DNA from: Strigamia acuminata
Taxonomy: Eukaryota
Direction: 5' to 3'
DNA: 64,000 nucleotides
NCBI GenBank assembly: GCA_949358305.1
Contig: OX442314.1
Span: 24,862,001 to 24,926,000, forward strand
Shown one piece after another: positions 32,601-45,525 of this stretch. A program made the position numbers and the translations under genes. Position 1 is the first letter of the stretch; each line of letters starts with the position of its first letter. The notes beneath the pieces were generated by a model, which saw nothing but the letters and a program-made list of their open reading frames with translations, was not told the DNA's origin and ran no database searches.

Positions 32601-33960
32601 CTCCAAAAGGCCTGAAAATCGCGCAACTTGAGGCAAAAAATTAATTTTTCATCTTTGTTTCAACTTTTGTGACGTTTAAAATTGTGTTTTCAAGTTTTAT
32701 GCCTCAAGTTGCATTGTCATCTGGCGTTTTGGGGCGTTTTGGGGCGTTCGCAGGCGTTTGCACGCGTTTTTTGGCATTGTCACTCACTCAAGTGGCCATT
32801 TTTAGCCAATTTTCGAAGTAAAAATGGCCTTTTTTTATTAAAATGGCCATTTTCAGCCATTTGTCATAGTAAAAATGGCCATTTTCAGCCATTTTTTATA
32901 GTAAAAGTGGCCATTTTTCATCCAAAATGGCCGTTTTTCATCCAAAATGACCATTTTTATCATTGACACGCTATAAAAATGTAACGTTTCAATGGCGTTT
33001 TGACGAAACCGGTAAGTTTTGAAATTTCCCGTGTCCCGTTATTGTGACTCCTCGTCCGGTTTCTCAGAACCGAAACCCTAATACAGGTGAATTAGTGACG
33101 CCTAATTTGTTTCAACAAATAAAGCAAACAACATCTCGCCTCACTTCCAGTCTTGAAAATTAGTAAACGCCCCGGCGTTTATTCGAGGCAAGCCGTTGTT
33201 TTTACAGTAATTTCCTGGTTAGGGTTATTTTTTTTTTAACTCTTGAAGAAATAAGTTTGTTTTTTTCTCGCCTGCACGCGCGAGCTCGCATGAGAATGCT
33301 AAAAAATAAGCAAAAACGTTCTAAAACGCCCCAAAACGCTTCAAAATGCTCCAAAAAGCCTGAAAATCGTGCCACTCAAAGCAAAAAATTATGTTTGCAT
33401 GTTTTTTGCCTCAAGTTGCACGGTTATCTGGCGTTTTGGTGCGTTCTTGGGGCGTTTTGGTGCGTTCTTGGGGCGTTTTCGGGCGTTTTTTTGGCGTTGT
33501 CACTCACTCCCGCACTTTGCTGTCTTGTTTATTACAATTTGGTTTAGCTGTTGTATTTATTTTTATTTGTTTTATGGTTATTTAATGTGTTTTTGTAGCA
33601 TTCAAAATGTTTTGTTGCCTAATTTCTCGTTTTGGCGCCAACTGTTTGTTTGACAACGCCGTGTCAGAATTTAGGGATGATTCTGCTTTGGTTTCTAATT
33701 AAAAAAAAAATGTTGTTTTAATTTCAATTGTAACTGCTTATTATAACGTTATTATTAGTATTTTGTAAAGGTTCATTTTTTTTCCATGTTAATAAAAAAT
33801 GAAGTAACTTTCGGTGAAAAAAAAAACAGTTAAATGCGGATCAAAATTAAACACACACGAGAAGTTTAATAAACGTCCCGGCGTTTATTCGAGGCAATAC
33901 GGTACATTTGTGAAACCCAACTTGGAACCCGAAAATAACGTGGGGCCGTCTGAACACCTG
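29700..33960. repeat. Complex degenerate repeat array of shuffled modules
   Basis: Recurrent AAAACGCCTGAAAATCGCGCAACTCGAGGCAAAA, AAATGGCCATTTTT runs and the hairpin motif AATAAACGCCCCGGCGTTTATTCGAGGCAA (e.g. ~30540, 30640, 30785, 32182, 33163, 33868). Confidence 0.75.
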
Positions 33961-35188
33961 GATTTGAATTTTCGTCTACGCGCGCGCCGACGCATGGGGA
34001 ATGCGGGGTGGGGTTCCTTCCCAGTGTTCCGAACGAGTCAATTTCACCCCGAAAATATCCCGAAATTGCTGATACATGCATTTCGAGCCAGAAATATTGA
34101 TCTTCATGTAAATTTTGATTGTTTAGCTTTTTTTTGAAATTTTACAAATTTTTCTCATCTCCTGCCTTCCTCGCTCATTTAACACCAAAATGGCCTGCAT
34201 TGAGGATTTTTCCCATAATCCTTTTCACACGTATGGAGCGCAAACAGTCGCAATAAATGAAATCAGCGGAATTCGGCCTTGAGTTTGCGACGCCATCTTG
34301 AATACGAGTAACAGCACAGTATGGTGTCAATTATTCGAACTGATCGTAAGGCATGGGACAAAAATTGATTAAAAACGAACAAACATGATTAAAAATCAAC
34401 AAAAATCGACTGAAATCGGACAATAATCAATTCAGAATGACAAATAACGATTAAAATTGGCAAAAATTGTCACAAATAGAGAAAAACCGATTAAAAATCA
34501 GCAAGAAACCAATAGAAATTGATAAAATCAAATAAAAATTAACAAATATCCATTTTGTTTGCTTTTAAACAAATTAAGAACTTTGAAAACACACGACAAT
34601 TTTAAACAGTAAACACCGGGGTCAAATAAGCGCCGCTACTCGTTTAAACACCGGGGAGGTGTTAGTGAAGTGCCTCGAGTGGAGAAATTAATAAACGCTC
34701 GAGGCACCACGGTAGGCTTATTAAACACAAAATATGAAACGCTCGATCTTCAACAGGCGCACACGCCCGAGAACACCTCGGCATGCCTCAGCACTCTCCA
34801 AGAAACGAGAAAAACCAAGGCAAAAAAAAAAAAATACACCAAAATTAGGACTAAAATCAAACACACATGGGGCCCGGAAGATTGATAACATCCCGGCATA
34901 TATTCAAGGCAGTACGCCATGTTTTTTCCACCATTTTGTAAGTTTATTTCAATATTCATAAAGTTTATTGCTTTTTGTATCATTAGTAGTATTCCCTTGT
35001 GTGATGTGGTTTTATAAATATCACACACAACTGCTTCTGCTGTTTTCTTCACGTTTATGCTTCGTGTATGCACGTGAAGCCCTCGCACATCTTTTGAGCA
35101 CCTGTACACATTTGGACACGCTCAAGGTGCTACATCGCGCGCTCAAACGCACTAGATCGCGCGCGCAAACGCGCTACATCACGCATAT

Positions 35189-35580
35189 TAGGGATAAGAA
35201 CGGACCGGGATAGGGACTGGACTGGTAATGTTTGCCCTATGCGGATACGGGACGGGACGGGATTACAGTTGCTAAATTCGTACTGCGAGGCGGAGACAAT
35301 TTTCTAATTCCAGTTGTTATTTATCACTATTAAGCCTAATATTGAGCCTGATAATGCTAAAATAAAGTAAATAAACAACAACAACAAACTCATTATTAAA
35401 AGTAAATTACACTGTATGACCAAAATATTGTTGTTTCTTTACTTTATTTTAGCATTATTAGGCCTAATATTAGGCTTAATACTGATTTATTTCAATTATG
35501 CAATCATACGCGCGTATTACGCTAACGTAATGGACCCGGGACGGGTCGGGACCCGAAAATTGGTCCCGTTCTCATCCCTA
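35189..35580. mobile_element. hAT-type MITE
   Basis: TAGGGAT(A/G)AGAACGG termini in inverted orientation; 8-bp TSD ACGCATAT on both sides; internal inverted repeat. Confidence 0.8.
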
Positions 35581-37599
35581 ACGCATATATATCGCAGACA
35601 TATCGCGCCCACGACAAAGCACAAACCCATGGCAGTCACCAAAGAATATTTACGCCGCTTCCACGCACGTTTTATTTTCTCACAGGCCTCTACACATTTA
35701 ACTTGCGCGCGCACTTGCTACGTGCTCGTGTGGTCACAATAAATACCTAATTTTCATTAAAATAACGAATGAACGAAATCACTTCAACCACACTTGCTAC
35801 GGTCGACGCATCGACGGCGATTCGCATGCGTTACCCCAAATACCGATCAAAAATCGCAGAAAACACTAATCCCGACCCAAAAACCGCCAAAATTACCCTC
35901 AACACACCCCAACAACCTTCCACCACTTAAATTACACCGGAAAAAAAACAATTTCAAACCGAAAAATCAACAAAAAAGGCCAAAAAAATATTGCAAACAA
36001 AGAGAAAAGATCAATTATCGAGGCAAATCCCCACCACAAAACAACGCATCGCCGGTAAACACTTAAGCGTACAGTGCACAACACTACTGTTTATTTTCAA
36101 TGATCCAATAAATAAAATTTGAAACAAAGTTGAGTGGAATTGTACGTTTCTTGTATATTAAAGTTTTTATTTTGTTTGTTTACACTTAATTTTTTTTTTC
36201 CATCATAGAATGGCGACTCGATACTTTTGTAGCTCGAATTCACTTCGTAAACGTAATCGGTGTTCATCACGCGTCAATGCGCTCGTGCAATAGTATAGGC
36301 GCGCATACGATTTGATGCGCGCAAAACTTGCAAAACTTGCACGGAATTTGGGCAATTTTTGACAATTTTCAGCAGATTTTTGCCTGTATTTGACAAATTT
36401 CAGAAGATTTTTGCCTATATTTGACAAATTTCAGAAGATTTCCTCAATCCTCAAACATTTGCTGAAATTTCTCATAAAATTTCTAAAATTAATTGAAATT
36501 TGTCTGAAATTTGTCTGCAATTTGTCAAATATTGTCAAAAATCCGTGGAAATTTGTCAAATACTGGCAAAAATCCATGTAAATTTGTCAAAAATTGCCAT
36601 AATTCGGTGCAAATTGTGTTAGACATTGGAAAAATTTATTTTAACGCTTCCAACGCGCCAGTAAATCGCGCGTGCACACGCGTGGATTTTTCGTCATAGT
36701 TGGATGCGCGCAAACCTCACGTAACTTGCGCCAAAATTTGGCAATTTTTGACAAATTTCAGCAGATTTTTGCCAGTATTTGACAAATTTCCACTGATTTT
36801 TGACAATATTTGACCCAACAACTGCGCCACGTTCCAGGCGCCGGTTTAGGCATTTTAGACCCGTTTTAGACCGTTTTAGATGGCGAAAACGTTCTCTCCA
36901 TCATTTTCTACCCCTGGGTGAGGTTTTCAGCGTTCATGATTGATGAAAAAGCTGTTTTCTAACTAGCTGTCCCATTGCTAGTTTTGGCGTCAGGTTTTAG
37001 CAACCTTCCGATCCGACTCTGTCGTCTGCACGACCTCCAAGACCGTTTTAGGGTTAATTTGAGTCAAATAATTCATTCTGGGATTGTTTTGGGTTTTTTA
37101 CAAGTGTGTTTTTGTAGTTTTTATTGGTTTCAAACATTGTCAATTCTTTATACAAGTGTAACTTTCATTTCTCTGTATTTTGAGAACTTTGCATTGCAGC
37201 AAAGTTCATTTCTTGCCCCTTAATTATTGTGTAATTGTTGGTTTTCAAGCCCGTTTTTTAACAATAACTTTATTTGAAGTGCCTATTGTTTCAGGCACGT
37301 GCTTCCACGTGCCTTTTATTGTTGAGCAATTTCTTGGGCAGTTGCGCTCCTGTTGCTAGCATTACCGCGCGTTCTCCGCGCGCGTACTCGCGCGTTTCGC
37401 ATCACACACATTCGGGTTCAATGGCCTATCGCGGCGGCACATTGTGTGGCATAGCGCGGCACGTTGCAATTACGTGACGTGGCACGTTGCTGTTACGTGA
37501 CGCAATAGCCAGTATTTAAGCAGGGGATTCCATCATCGTTTACACAAATGCGCATTGCAACGTGGAGGCGCATTCGAGTCCTTTTCCCAAGCGTTGAAA

Positions 37600-39366
37600 A
37601 AGGACAAAACTCGTATTCGATTCGAAAGCGAATCGAATACGATTTTTGTCCTTTTTCAACGCAAAATTGTATTCGATTCGCTTTCGAATCGAATACGAGT
37701 TTTGCCCTTCTTCAACGCGAAATCGTATTCGACTCGTTTTCGAGTCGAATGCGAATTTTGCCCTTCTTCAACGCGAAATCGTATTCGACTCGCTTTCGAA
37801 TCGAATACGAGTTTTGCCCTTCTTCAACGCGAAATCGTATTCGACTCGTTTTCGAGTCGAGTACGAATTTTGCCCTTCTTCAACGCGAAATCGTATTCGA
37901 TTCGCTTTCGAATCGTATACGAGATGGTCGATTTTTGTTTCCCGGACTTTGATTCGTATTCGAGTTGTTACGAGTTCGTATTTTGATCGTATTCGTATTC
38001 GAATCGAATTCGAATCGTATTCGAATCGAATACGAATCGAATTCGAGTCGTATTCGAGATGGTCGATGATTTCCACTCGCTCGTATACGCGTTGTATACG
38101 AGCTCGTATTTTGATCGTAATCGTAAACGAATCGTTTACAAGTCGTATACAAGTCGTATACGACGTGTATACACCTCGTATACGAACGAAGTTTGGAAAA
38201 TCCACCGGACACTTACTACGACATGAAAACACATAGTAGTCACATACGTCTTATTTGGAAATTGTGTTTTCACAAACTTCGTTCGTATACGAGGTGTATA
38301 CACGTCGTATACGACTTGTATACGACTTGTAAACGATTCGTTTACGATTACGATCAAAATACGAGCTCGTATACAACGCGTATACGAGCGAGTGGAAATC
38401 ATCGACCATCTCGAATACGACTCGAATTCGATTAGTATTCGATTCGAATACGATTCGAATTCGATTCGAATACGAATACGATCAAAATACGAACTCGTAA
38501 CAACTCGAATACGAGATAGTCGATGACCCGTTCCCGGACTTTGACTCGTACGACTCGTATTCGAGATGTATTCGAGATGTATTCGAATCGTATTCGAGTC
38601 GCATTCGAGATGGTCGATGATTTCCACTCGCTCGTATACGCGTTGTATACGAGCTCGTATTTTGATCGTAATCGTAAACGAATCGTTTACAAGTCGTATA
38701 CAAGTCGTATACGACGTGTATACACCTCGTATACGAACGAAGTTTGGAAAATCCACCGGACACTTACTACGACATGAAAACACATAGTAGTCACATACGT
38801 CTTATTTGGAAATTGTGTTTTCACAAACTTCGTTCGTATACGAGGTGTATACACGTCGTATACGACTTGTATACGACTTGTAAACGATTCGTTTACGATT
38901 ACGATCAAAATACGAGCTCGTATACAACGCGTATACGAGCGAGTGGAAATCATCGACCATCTCGAATACGACTCGAATTCGATTCGTATTCGATTCGAAT
39001 ACGATTCGAATTCGATTCGAATACGAATACGATCAAAATACGAACTCGTAACAACTCGAATACAAATCAAAGTCCGGGAAACAAAAATCGACCATCTCGT
39101 ATACGATTCGAAAGCGAATCGAATACGATTTCGCGTTGAAGAAGGGCAAAATTCGCATTCGACTCGAAAACGAGTCGAATACGAATTCGCATTCGACTCG
39201 AAAACGAGTCGAATACGATTTCGCGTTGAAGAAGGGCAAAATTCGCATTCGACTCGAAAACGAGTCGAATACGATTTCGCGTTGAAGAAGGGCAAAACTC
39301 GCATTCGACTCGAAAACGAGTCGAATACGATTTCGCGTTGAGAAAGGGCAAAATTCGCATTCGACT
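37600..39366. repeat. Fold-back CpG/TCGA-rich satellite with 56-bp units and nested inverted blocks, running into an assembly gap
   Basis: 56-bp period at 37700, 37756, 37812, 37868; inverted copies at ~39120-39366; identical ~80 bp spacer at ~38193 and ~38744 between inverted arms. Confidence 0.85.
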
Positions 39367-39567
39367 NNNNNNNNNNNNNNNNNNNNNNNNNNNNNNNNNN
39401 NNNNNNNNNNNNNNNNNNNNNNNNNNNNNNNNNNNNNNNNNNNNNNNNNNNNNNNNNNNNNNNNNNNNNNNNNNNNNNNNNNNNNNNNNNNNNNNNNNNN
39501 NNNNNNNNNNNNNNNNNNNNNNNNNNNNNNNNNNNNNNNNNNNNNNNNNNNNNNNNNNNNNNNNNNA

Positions 39568-40801
39568 GTATCATTAAATACTCTATATTTCTCATTTTTA
39601 CTAACTTGACAATCATGCTTCCATTAATTGAGTGGCACGAAACAAATCTAAGATCTTTAATTGTATGCGATTTACCTAGTTCTAAAATAAACTTGTCAGT
39701 GAGTGTGTGACATTGCATAAAAGTTAAACATTCTAAACTCTGAGTTAATAAGACTAACATCTGTGATTCAGTAATTCCATCCCCATCTATGTTTACTCTA
39801 CATAGGTTTCTGAACAAATTTTGCGAAGCTAAATCGTGTGCAGCACTGTTCAAAATACTGCAATCTTCCAAACCTAATTCTTTTAACAATGGGCAATAAT
39901 AATCGACGAGTTCAAGATCAACTAATTTAAAATGAGAGAATTGTAAGCTGGTCAATCGTTGTGCCCGCGCCAAGACAATATTCAAATCCAAAGTAGTCGA
40001 TGCTACCGATGCATCCACCTTTAGGCTTGATAAGTTTGGGAAAATGGTGGTCGCAGTGATGAAATCTTCATTATTTTGTAGACTTGCTTGAAAGCCGATT
40101 GTTTCGAGGGAATAAATGCGCACCTTTTCCTCCGACTCAAACTGTTGTTTTAACCGATTAAAAAACATTTCCCACCTGCTATGAAAAAAGACTCTCAAGA
40201 GAGGTAGTTGATTTAAAATGAAAAGACACCCATCGCACGAGACTCTAGTGCTAAAGATTCCCAAATACTCCAGTTTTTGGCAATTTCCTAAATGACAGAG
40301 AACATCATCCGTAACCTTTTTGCAGTTATATAACGATAGATGTTGCAATTGCAGACAATTTTCACCAATTGCAACGATAACTTCTTTAGTGCATACTTCC
40401 GTATGACCTCCAAAATCTAACCGTTGAAGTCGTGGCAATTGCTCCAGCAGTTTGACCATGTATTCAGGTGGAATTTTCACATCAGACATCAGACATCTGG
40501 TTAGGTCTAAATGTAAAAGGTTTCGACCAAATTGTCCTACTCTATCTAATATATCAGGATACAAGGGCAAATTAAACATATTAATGTGACAAACCGACTT
40601 GGTGCCAGGGCGAATGAAAGCCTTTGGAGATATGCGTCGTCTTGTATTATCCCCGATAAATAACAGCCCCATATGTTGACACATGCGGGAAATAAACATA
40701 GAAGGCAGATTCATCAGTTGTGCTTCTAATCTATCGACATTAGTGCAAACCATTTCAAAACACAATTGTTCCAGACTCGATGCTGATTTCCTGTGCGGCA
40801 T
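39568..40801 (-). CDS. Intronless RNI-like leucine-rich-repeat protein with an N-terminal BC-box-like motif; 3' end in gap
   Basis: MPHRKSASSLEQLCFEMV (SLxxLC) followed by LRRs LLHLDLTRC, LQRLDFGG, LQHLSLYNCKKVTD, LKELGLEDC; >400 codons open. Confidence 0.8.
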
Positions 40802-40976
40802 CTTGCGAACTAACACCGGAGATAAATAGAAATAGAAATGAGATGGGAAGGTTATATATAAAAGCATAAGGGGTGACGAAAACAGGACGTAACGAGAACG
40901 TACACTCGACGATTCTAGTTAAAATAACTTTTTTATTTTCAATATTTGAAAATAAATAAATAAATAAATAAAAATA

Positions 40977-41111
40977 ATGTAATGTAATATAGCAATATGT
41001 AATGTAATATAGCAATATGTAATGTAATATAGCAATATGTAATGTAATATAGCAATATGTAATGTAATATAGCAATATGTAATGTAATATAGCAATATGT
41101 AATGTAATATA
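40977..41111. repeat. 20-bp tandem repeat (atgtaatgtaatatagcaat), ~6.5 copies
   Basis: Directly visible. Confidence 0.95.
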
Positions 41112-41490
41112 GTAATATAAAAACAAAAAACGCAATGAATTATAAATTTAAATGAAAAATTTTATTTTTTCTCATATGTATGTAAATCCTTATTAAAAAG
41201 TATTTATTAAGAATATAACATGTCTTAAATTTGTAAAAGTTATTCACAATCTTAAAGTAAAGTAGGACTTATTTCATCAAATAATCAGACTTTAACGAAG
41301 GTGATATTGTTTTCCAACAATTTCAAAGATAGCGCGTCAAATTATTCCAATGGGTGACTTCGCTGCGAAACACGTGGTTGCTAAGCAACGAAGCGATGGA
41401 TAATTAATTCTTCGCTAAATTTAAACAGTATTTTACTATTCTATTTTATATTTGGATAGTTTTCTAACCATACTAAATAGTTACAATATA

Positions 41491-42236
41491 CAGGGTGAAC
41501 AAAAAGTCTATCACTATAGTAAATATTTCTGAAAGTGCTGACAATTCATCTGATCTAATGATGGTAAAGTATTAAAGTTGGGTGGGGCAATCTTTTGGTG
41601 ACCCGAAATTTGACTTTGGGATCTTCCTTCAAGGTCATTGGGAAATTGTCTCGGAAACCGTTAGAGATAGACAGAAATTTCCAATTGTAAACTTGTAGAG
41701 CAACATTTGTTTAGTCTAAAAATGACTAATTCTCAAATCTTTTGTACTAAAATTTTTTAAGAAAATTGCAATTGAAAAAGTAGACACAAGTCAAAAGATA
41801 ACATGGCCAAAATTGAAAAAGTGCCTAAAAAGTGCTGATTAGACGTAAAATGACCCAAAAAATCGATTCCCCTGGTCGGAGTTTGCATATCCGACACCGG
41901 TGGGCAGAAAACTGAATTTTTTTATGACTTTTTCTTTTCAAAACTACTTTTTCAATTGCAATTTTCTTAAAAAATTTTAGTACAAAAGATTTGAGAATTA
42001 GTCATTTTTAGACTAAACAAATGTTGCTCTACAAGTTTACAATTGGAAATTTCTGTCTATCTCCAACGGTTTCCGAGATAATTTCCAAATGACCTTGGAG
42101 AAACATCCCAAGGTCAAATTTCGGGTCACCAAAAGATTGCCCCACCCAACTTTAATACTTTACCATCATTAGATCAGATGAATTGTCAGCACTTTCAGAA
42201 ATATTTACTATAGTGATAGACTTTTTGTTCACCCTG
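41491..42236. mobile_element. Tc1/mariner-type MITE with ~290 bp TIRs
   Basis: TA|CAGGGTGAACAAAAAGTCT...AGACTTTTTGTTCACCCTG|TA; near-perfect arms. Confidence 0.9.
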
Positions 42237-42519
42237 TATAATCAGGTATGTGTTTATTATTGAATAAACCTTTTTATTGATCAAAATAAAGATTCTGTAT
42301 TTGTTCGTTTCTATTTTCTTCCTTATTTATTAAATAAATATTTTTTTAGGTTTACTTATCGATACATAATTTGAGCTTACAAATAGTTTTGAATTCAATT
42401 ATTTATTTTTTAAATAATTGTGTGTTTTCGAATCTCTTCGGTGGTTGCGATATGGTTTATCGCCAAGTGTTCGTTTTGCCGATGAATTAACGTTTTGTTG
42501 ACGGATGTCTTTTTGCGAA

Positions 42520-42790
42520 ATGCCAAGAACAATTTACTGAAGCGAACATCTGATCGCGCGTGCTTCTACAATGTGTATATGTCATACTGTTTAGCATTTT
42601 TCAAACTGAGTTAATACGTCCGTTGAATTGTCATCTCGAGGATTGAGGCTCAATCTTTGAAATCTGAATCTATAGAAACGTTCTGGCACATCGTGGACGA
42701 ATGATAGCAGGACTATAGACTATTCTCTTTGATTTGATTCACGATGGTTGTATCGACCCCTAATCTGTGGTCTCGACACTAGTGACGGTT
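42520..42790 (-). promoter_or_regulatory. Orphan copy of the Ly6 5'UTR/promoter block
   Basis: Matches the upstream blocks at 950-1100, 2430-2650 and 47612-47890 (gccaagaacaattt...gtgcttctacaatgtg...) but has no exon 1. Confidence 0.6.
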
Positions 42791-42884
42791 ATAAAACCGT
42801 ATAGTTTGCAATTTACCACCAGATGGCGCTGTTTGATAATAAGCTCACAGTTTTCGAATGAAATAAAACAAGTGTAATTAATTC

Positions 42885-43198
42885 TAAACTCTATTCCAAA
42901 AAGTATTACAAATACTCCCATTGGTTGGGAGATTCATAACACCAGGTTATCAAATCATTAAATCAAATCATTAAAATAACATCAGAAATGAAATCAGCAG
43001 GTAAAACTACACTAGAAATGTTAGAATTAAAATTCCCAAACCAAAATTTTAACCCAAAACAAGACACTTTAAAAATCTTCGCACAAGTCTACTGGAATCT
43101 GAAAACAGCATCATATTCAAGACACAACTGAACTAGAGACAAAATGTGAATCTCCCAACCAATGGGAGTATTTGTAATACTTTTTGGAATAGAGTTTA
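42885..43198. mobile_element. Small MITE-like inverted repeat (~52 bp arms)
   Basis: taaactctattccaaaaagtattacaaatactcccattggttgggagattca and its reverse complement. Confidence 0.7.
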
Positions 43199-44190
43199 AG
43201 TGTGTACAAATAAATATACTACTTTATTTGCTTTATTATTATTATTAAGGTATTGATTCCATAGAATCAATATCAATTAATAATAACTACGGTACCGAAA
43301 AATACTTACCTGTTCAAAAGTACCAATTGGACACTTTTGGACCTAGTGCTCTGCAAGGTCCGAACCCGCTAATCCCTAGAATGACCTGCGAATCCATGGA
43401 CTCTTGTGTCCAATTTGTTGCCACTAATCCCTATTGTTCTCCGGTCTGGATTTTTCCCAGATCTTTGCTTTTTGTTTTGTTCTTTGATTCTCTCATTAAG
43501 CCCGATCTGTCGCTGGTAATATACCGCTTTTTCGGATCCGGGCAGGTGTGTTTGCTGGGGTATGCGCGAGACATCTCGTGGTAAAAATAAGCACCACCAT
43601 GATGGCTTATCCCTAACTCTAACCACGAACACGTGCTCTAACAAGGGATTTGACAGTCAATATTGCGGGACTTTTATCGGTAATTTCGACATCTTTCTCG
43701 GTTTGGAGGTATTTAACTTGAATCCATCTTTAATTGTGAGTTGTTCCAATGATAATAGCAGTTGTATTTGGAGATTTGATGTCCAAAACGAAATACAGTT
43801 AGTTGCGTGTCGGAATATATTTTGATTTTTCGTGCATCGTATCATGGCTTCTACAAACTCATTCAGCATCATCTCGTTTTGAAAGGTATTACGATGATAA
43901 TGATTTTTAAAGCCAAAAAATGAATTTAAAAGTCAAAAATCGATTAATTTATTATTTATTCAATAATCTTTACGCTTATTTACAATTTAAGAGTAAAACG
44001 ACGTCGAGCTAAAATGGATAATAATTCTGCCACAAACTGCAAATCCAGTGCCGATGATGACACTCAATGTGATGCAGTTACCTGTGATCATGACCACATT
44101 CTTGGAATATTGGAACCATTACTCCAGAAATCAATAATGACAGATGTGTGTATAAAAAAAAAATTTGAGCTAATAATTAGACATTAATGC

Positions 44191-45228
44191 ATGAGCATTT
44201 TACAGGTTGGAGTTCAAGCATGTACGGAGTTTTATTCCACTGCACCATTTAATGTTTTTATTAGTGGCACAAACGGAAAAGATGCTTTCACCCTTGCCAA
44301 CCATCCACCAGAGATAAAGAAAGTCGATGTACAAGTTGGATCAGCTTATATGAGACCTTATTTTGGTGGGTTTGCTAGCGTTAAGAATAATCCGCAAGCT
44401 ATTAATGATTTATGCTCAATTTCGCCCGATGTATTTGCCATATTTGTAAACATTTTGAAACCATCACAACGAAGGGCAAATGAGCTGTCAATAGAGGATA
44501 AATTATTAATAACAATTATGAAACTAAAGTTAGGCATTAGTTTCACTTCCCTAGGAGTTTTGTTTGGTGTCAATCGACGTACAATCTCTAGAATTTTTTC
44601 TTCTGTAATAGCTGATTTGTTTGATTTAACACAGGGTTGGATCCCATGGTTGAGTAGACATGCTGTTCAGGGCACCATGCCTAAAACATTCAAAAACTAT
44701 TTTCCAAGTTGTAGAGTAATAATAGATTGTACTGAGATGAAAACAGAAAAACCGTCTACTGTTGAGCAGCAAAATATGTTGTACTCACAATATAAAGGAG
44801 CATTTACTGTGAAATATTTGATAGGGATTGCTCCAAATGGAACGGTAACATTTATTTCAAACGGATATGGAGGGTGCAGTTCAAATAGTTTAATAATTAC
44901 AGAATGTGGTATTTTGTCAAAACTAGAATCAGGCGATGAGTTGCTAGCTGTTAAAGGTTTTCCGGGTATTAAAACCTTAGTTGGAAATCAAAATGCTATT
45001 TTAGTGCTGCCGTCATTTGCCGGTGGCTCGTCACAATTTTCAGAGCAGGAAATGGATCAAACAAGTGTTCGTATCCATGTTGAGAGAGTGATCCAAAGAA
45101 TTAAAACATTTAATATTTTGAATAATATAATTCCAACTGAATTAATTCCTTTAATGGATAAAATAATGCTTGTTTGTTGTGTAATATCAAACCTACAACC
45201 CATAATTATCGAGGAAAAATCTGTATAA
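44191..45228 (+). pseudogene. ISL2EU/PIF-Harbinger-type DDE transposase, catalytically degenerate
   Basis: HTH region then IIDCTE...YSQYK..TVKYLIGIAPNG..RIHVER; family GGRxSD and ADKGF motifs read GGCSSN and AVKGF. Confidence 0.85.
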
Positions 45229-45364
45229 ACTTTGGCAATAAATTTTATTTTTGCCGTGGAATTGTAAATTTAAATTTTAAAATTTTATTTTAAATTGTCA
45301 CAAGCATCAATAAAGGTTTTAAAACAAAATGATTCAAGCCCCCACCGCACCCCCTTTGCTACGC

Positions 45365-45521
45365 TAAGCCAAGTGATCTAGTCGTTTCTTTGGTGTTGGC
45401 ATTGTTGCATAAATCGGCGGTGCACGTGCAACTTCGACTTTTACTCCAAGGTTTACTTCCGATTTGCATCCGATGGTAAATTTTCTCAACGGATTATTAT
45501 TTTCGCAATCTTTCATCGTAA
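45365..45521 (-). pseudogene. Frameshifted Ly6 exon 3
   Basis: VTMKDCENNNPLRK...GCKSEV then, in another frame, CTCTADLCNNANTKETT; tail truncated. Confidence 0.75.
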
Positions 45522-45525
45522 CTAA

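Noticed and set aside
37690..37900. Regularly spaced palindromic repeats resembling a CRISPR array
   Set aside because: Units are tandem with no unique spacers, there are no cas genes, and the context is eukaryotic
37548..39360. Many overlapping ORFs, including the apparent C-terminal extension of the 726-aa LRR ORF across the gap
   Set aside because: By-products of a low-complexity inverted satellite and of reading through Ns
43310..43872. Possible second (nuclease/SWIM) ORF of the ISL2EU element on the minus strand
   Set aside because: Broken frames with no recognisable motif; element termini not identified
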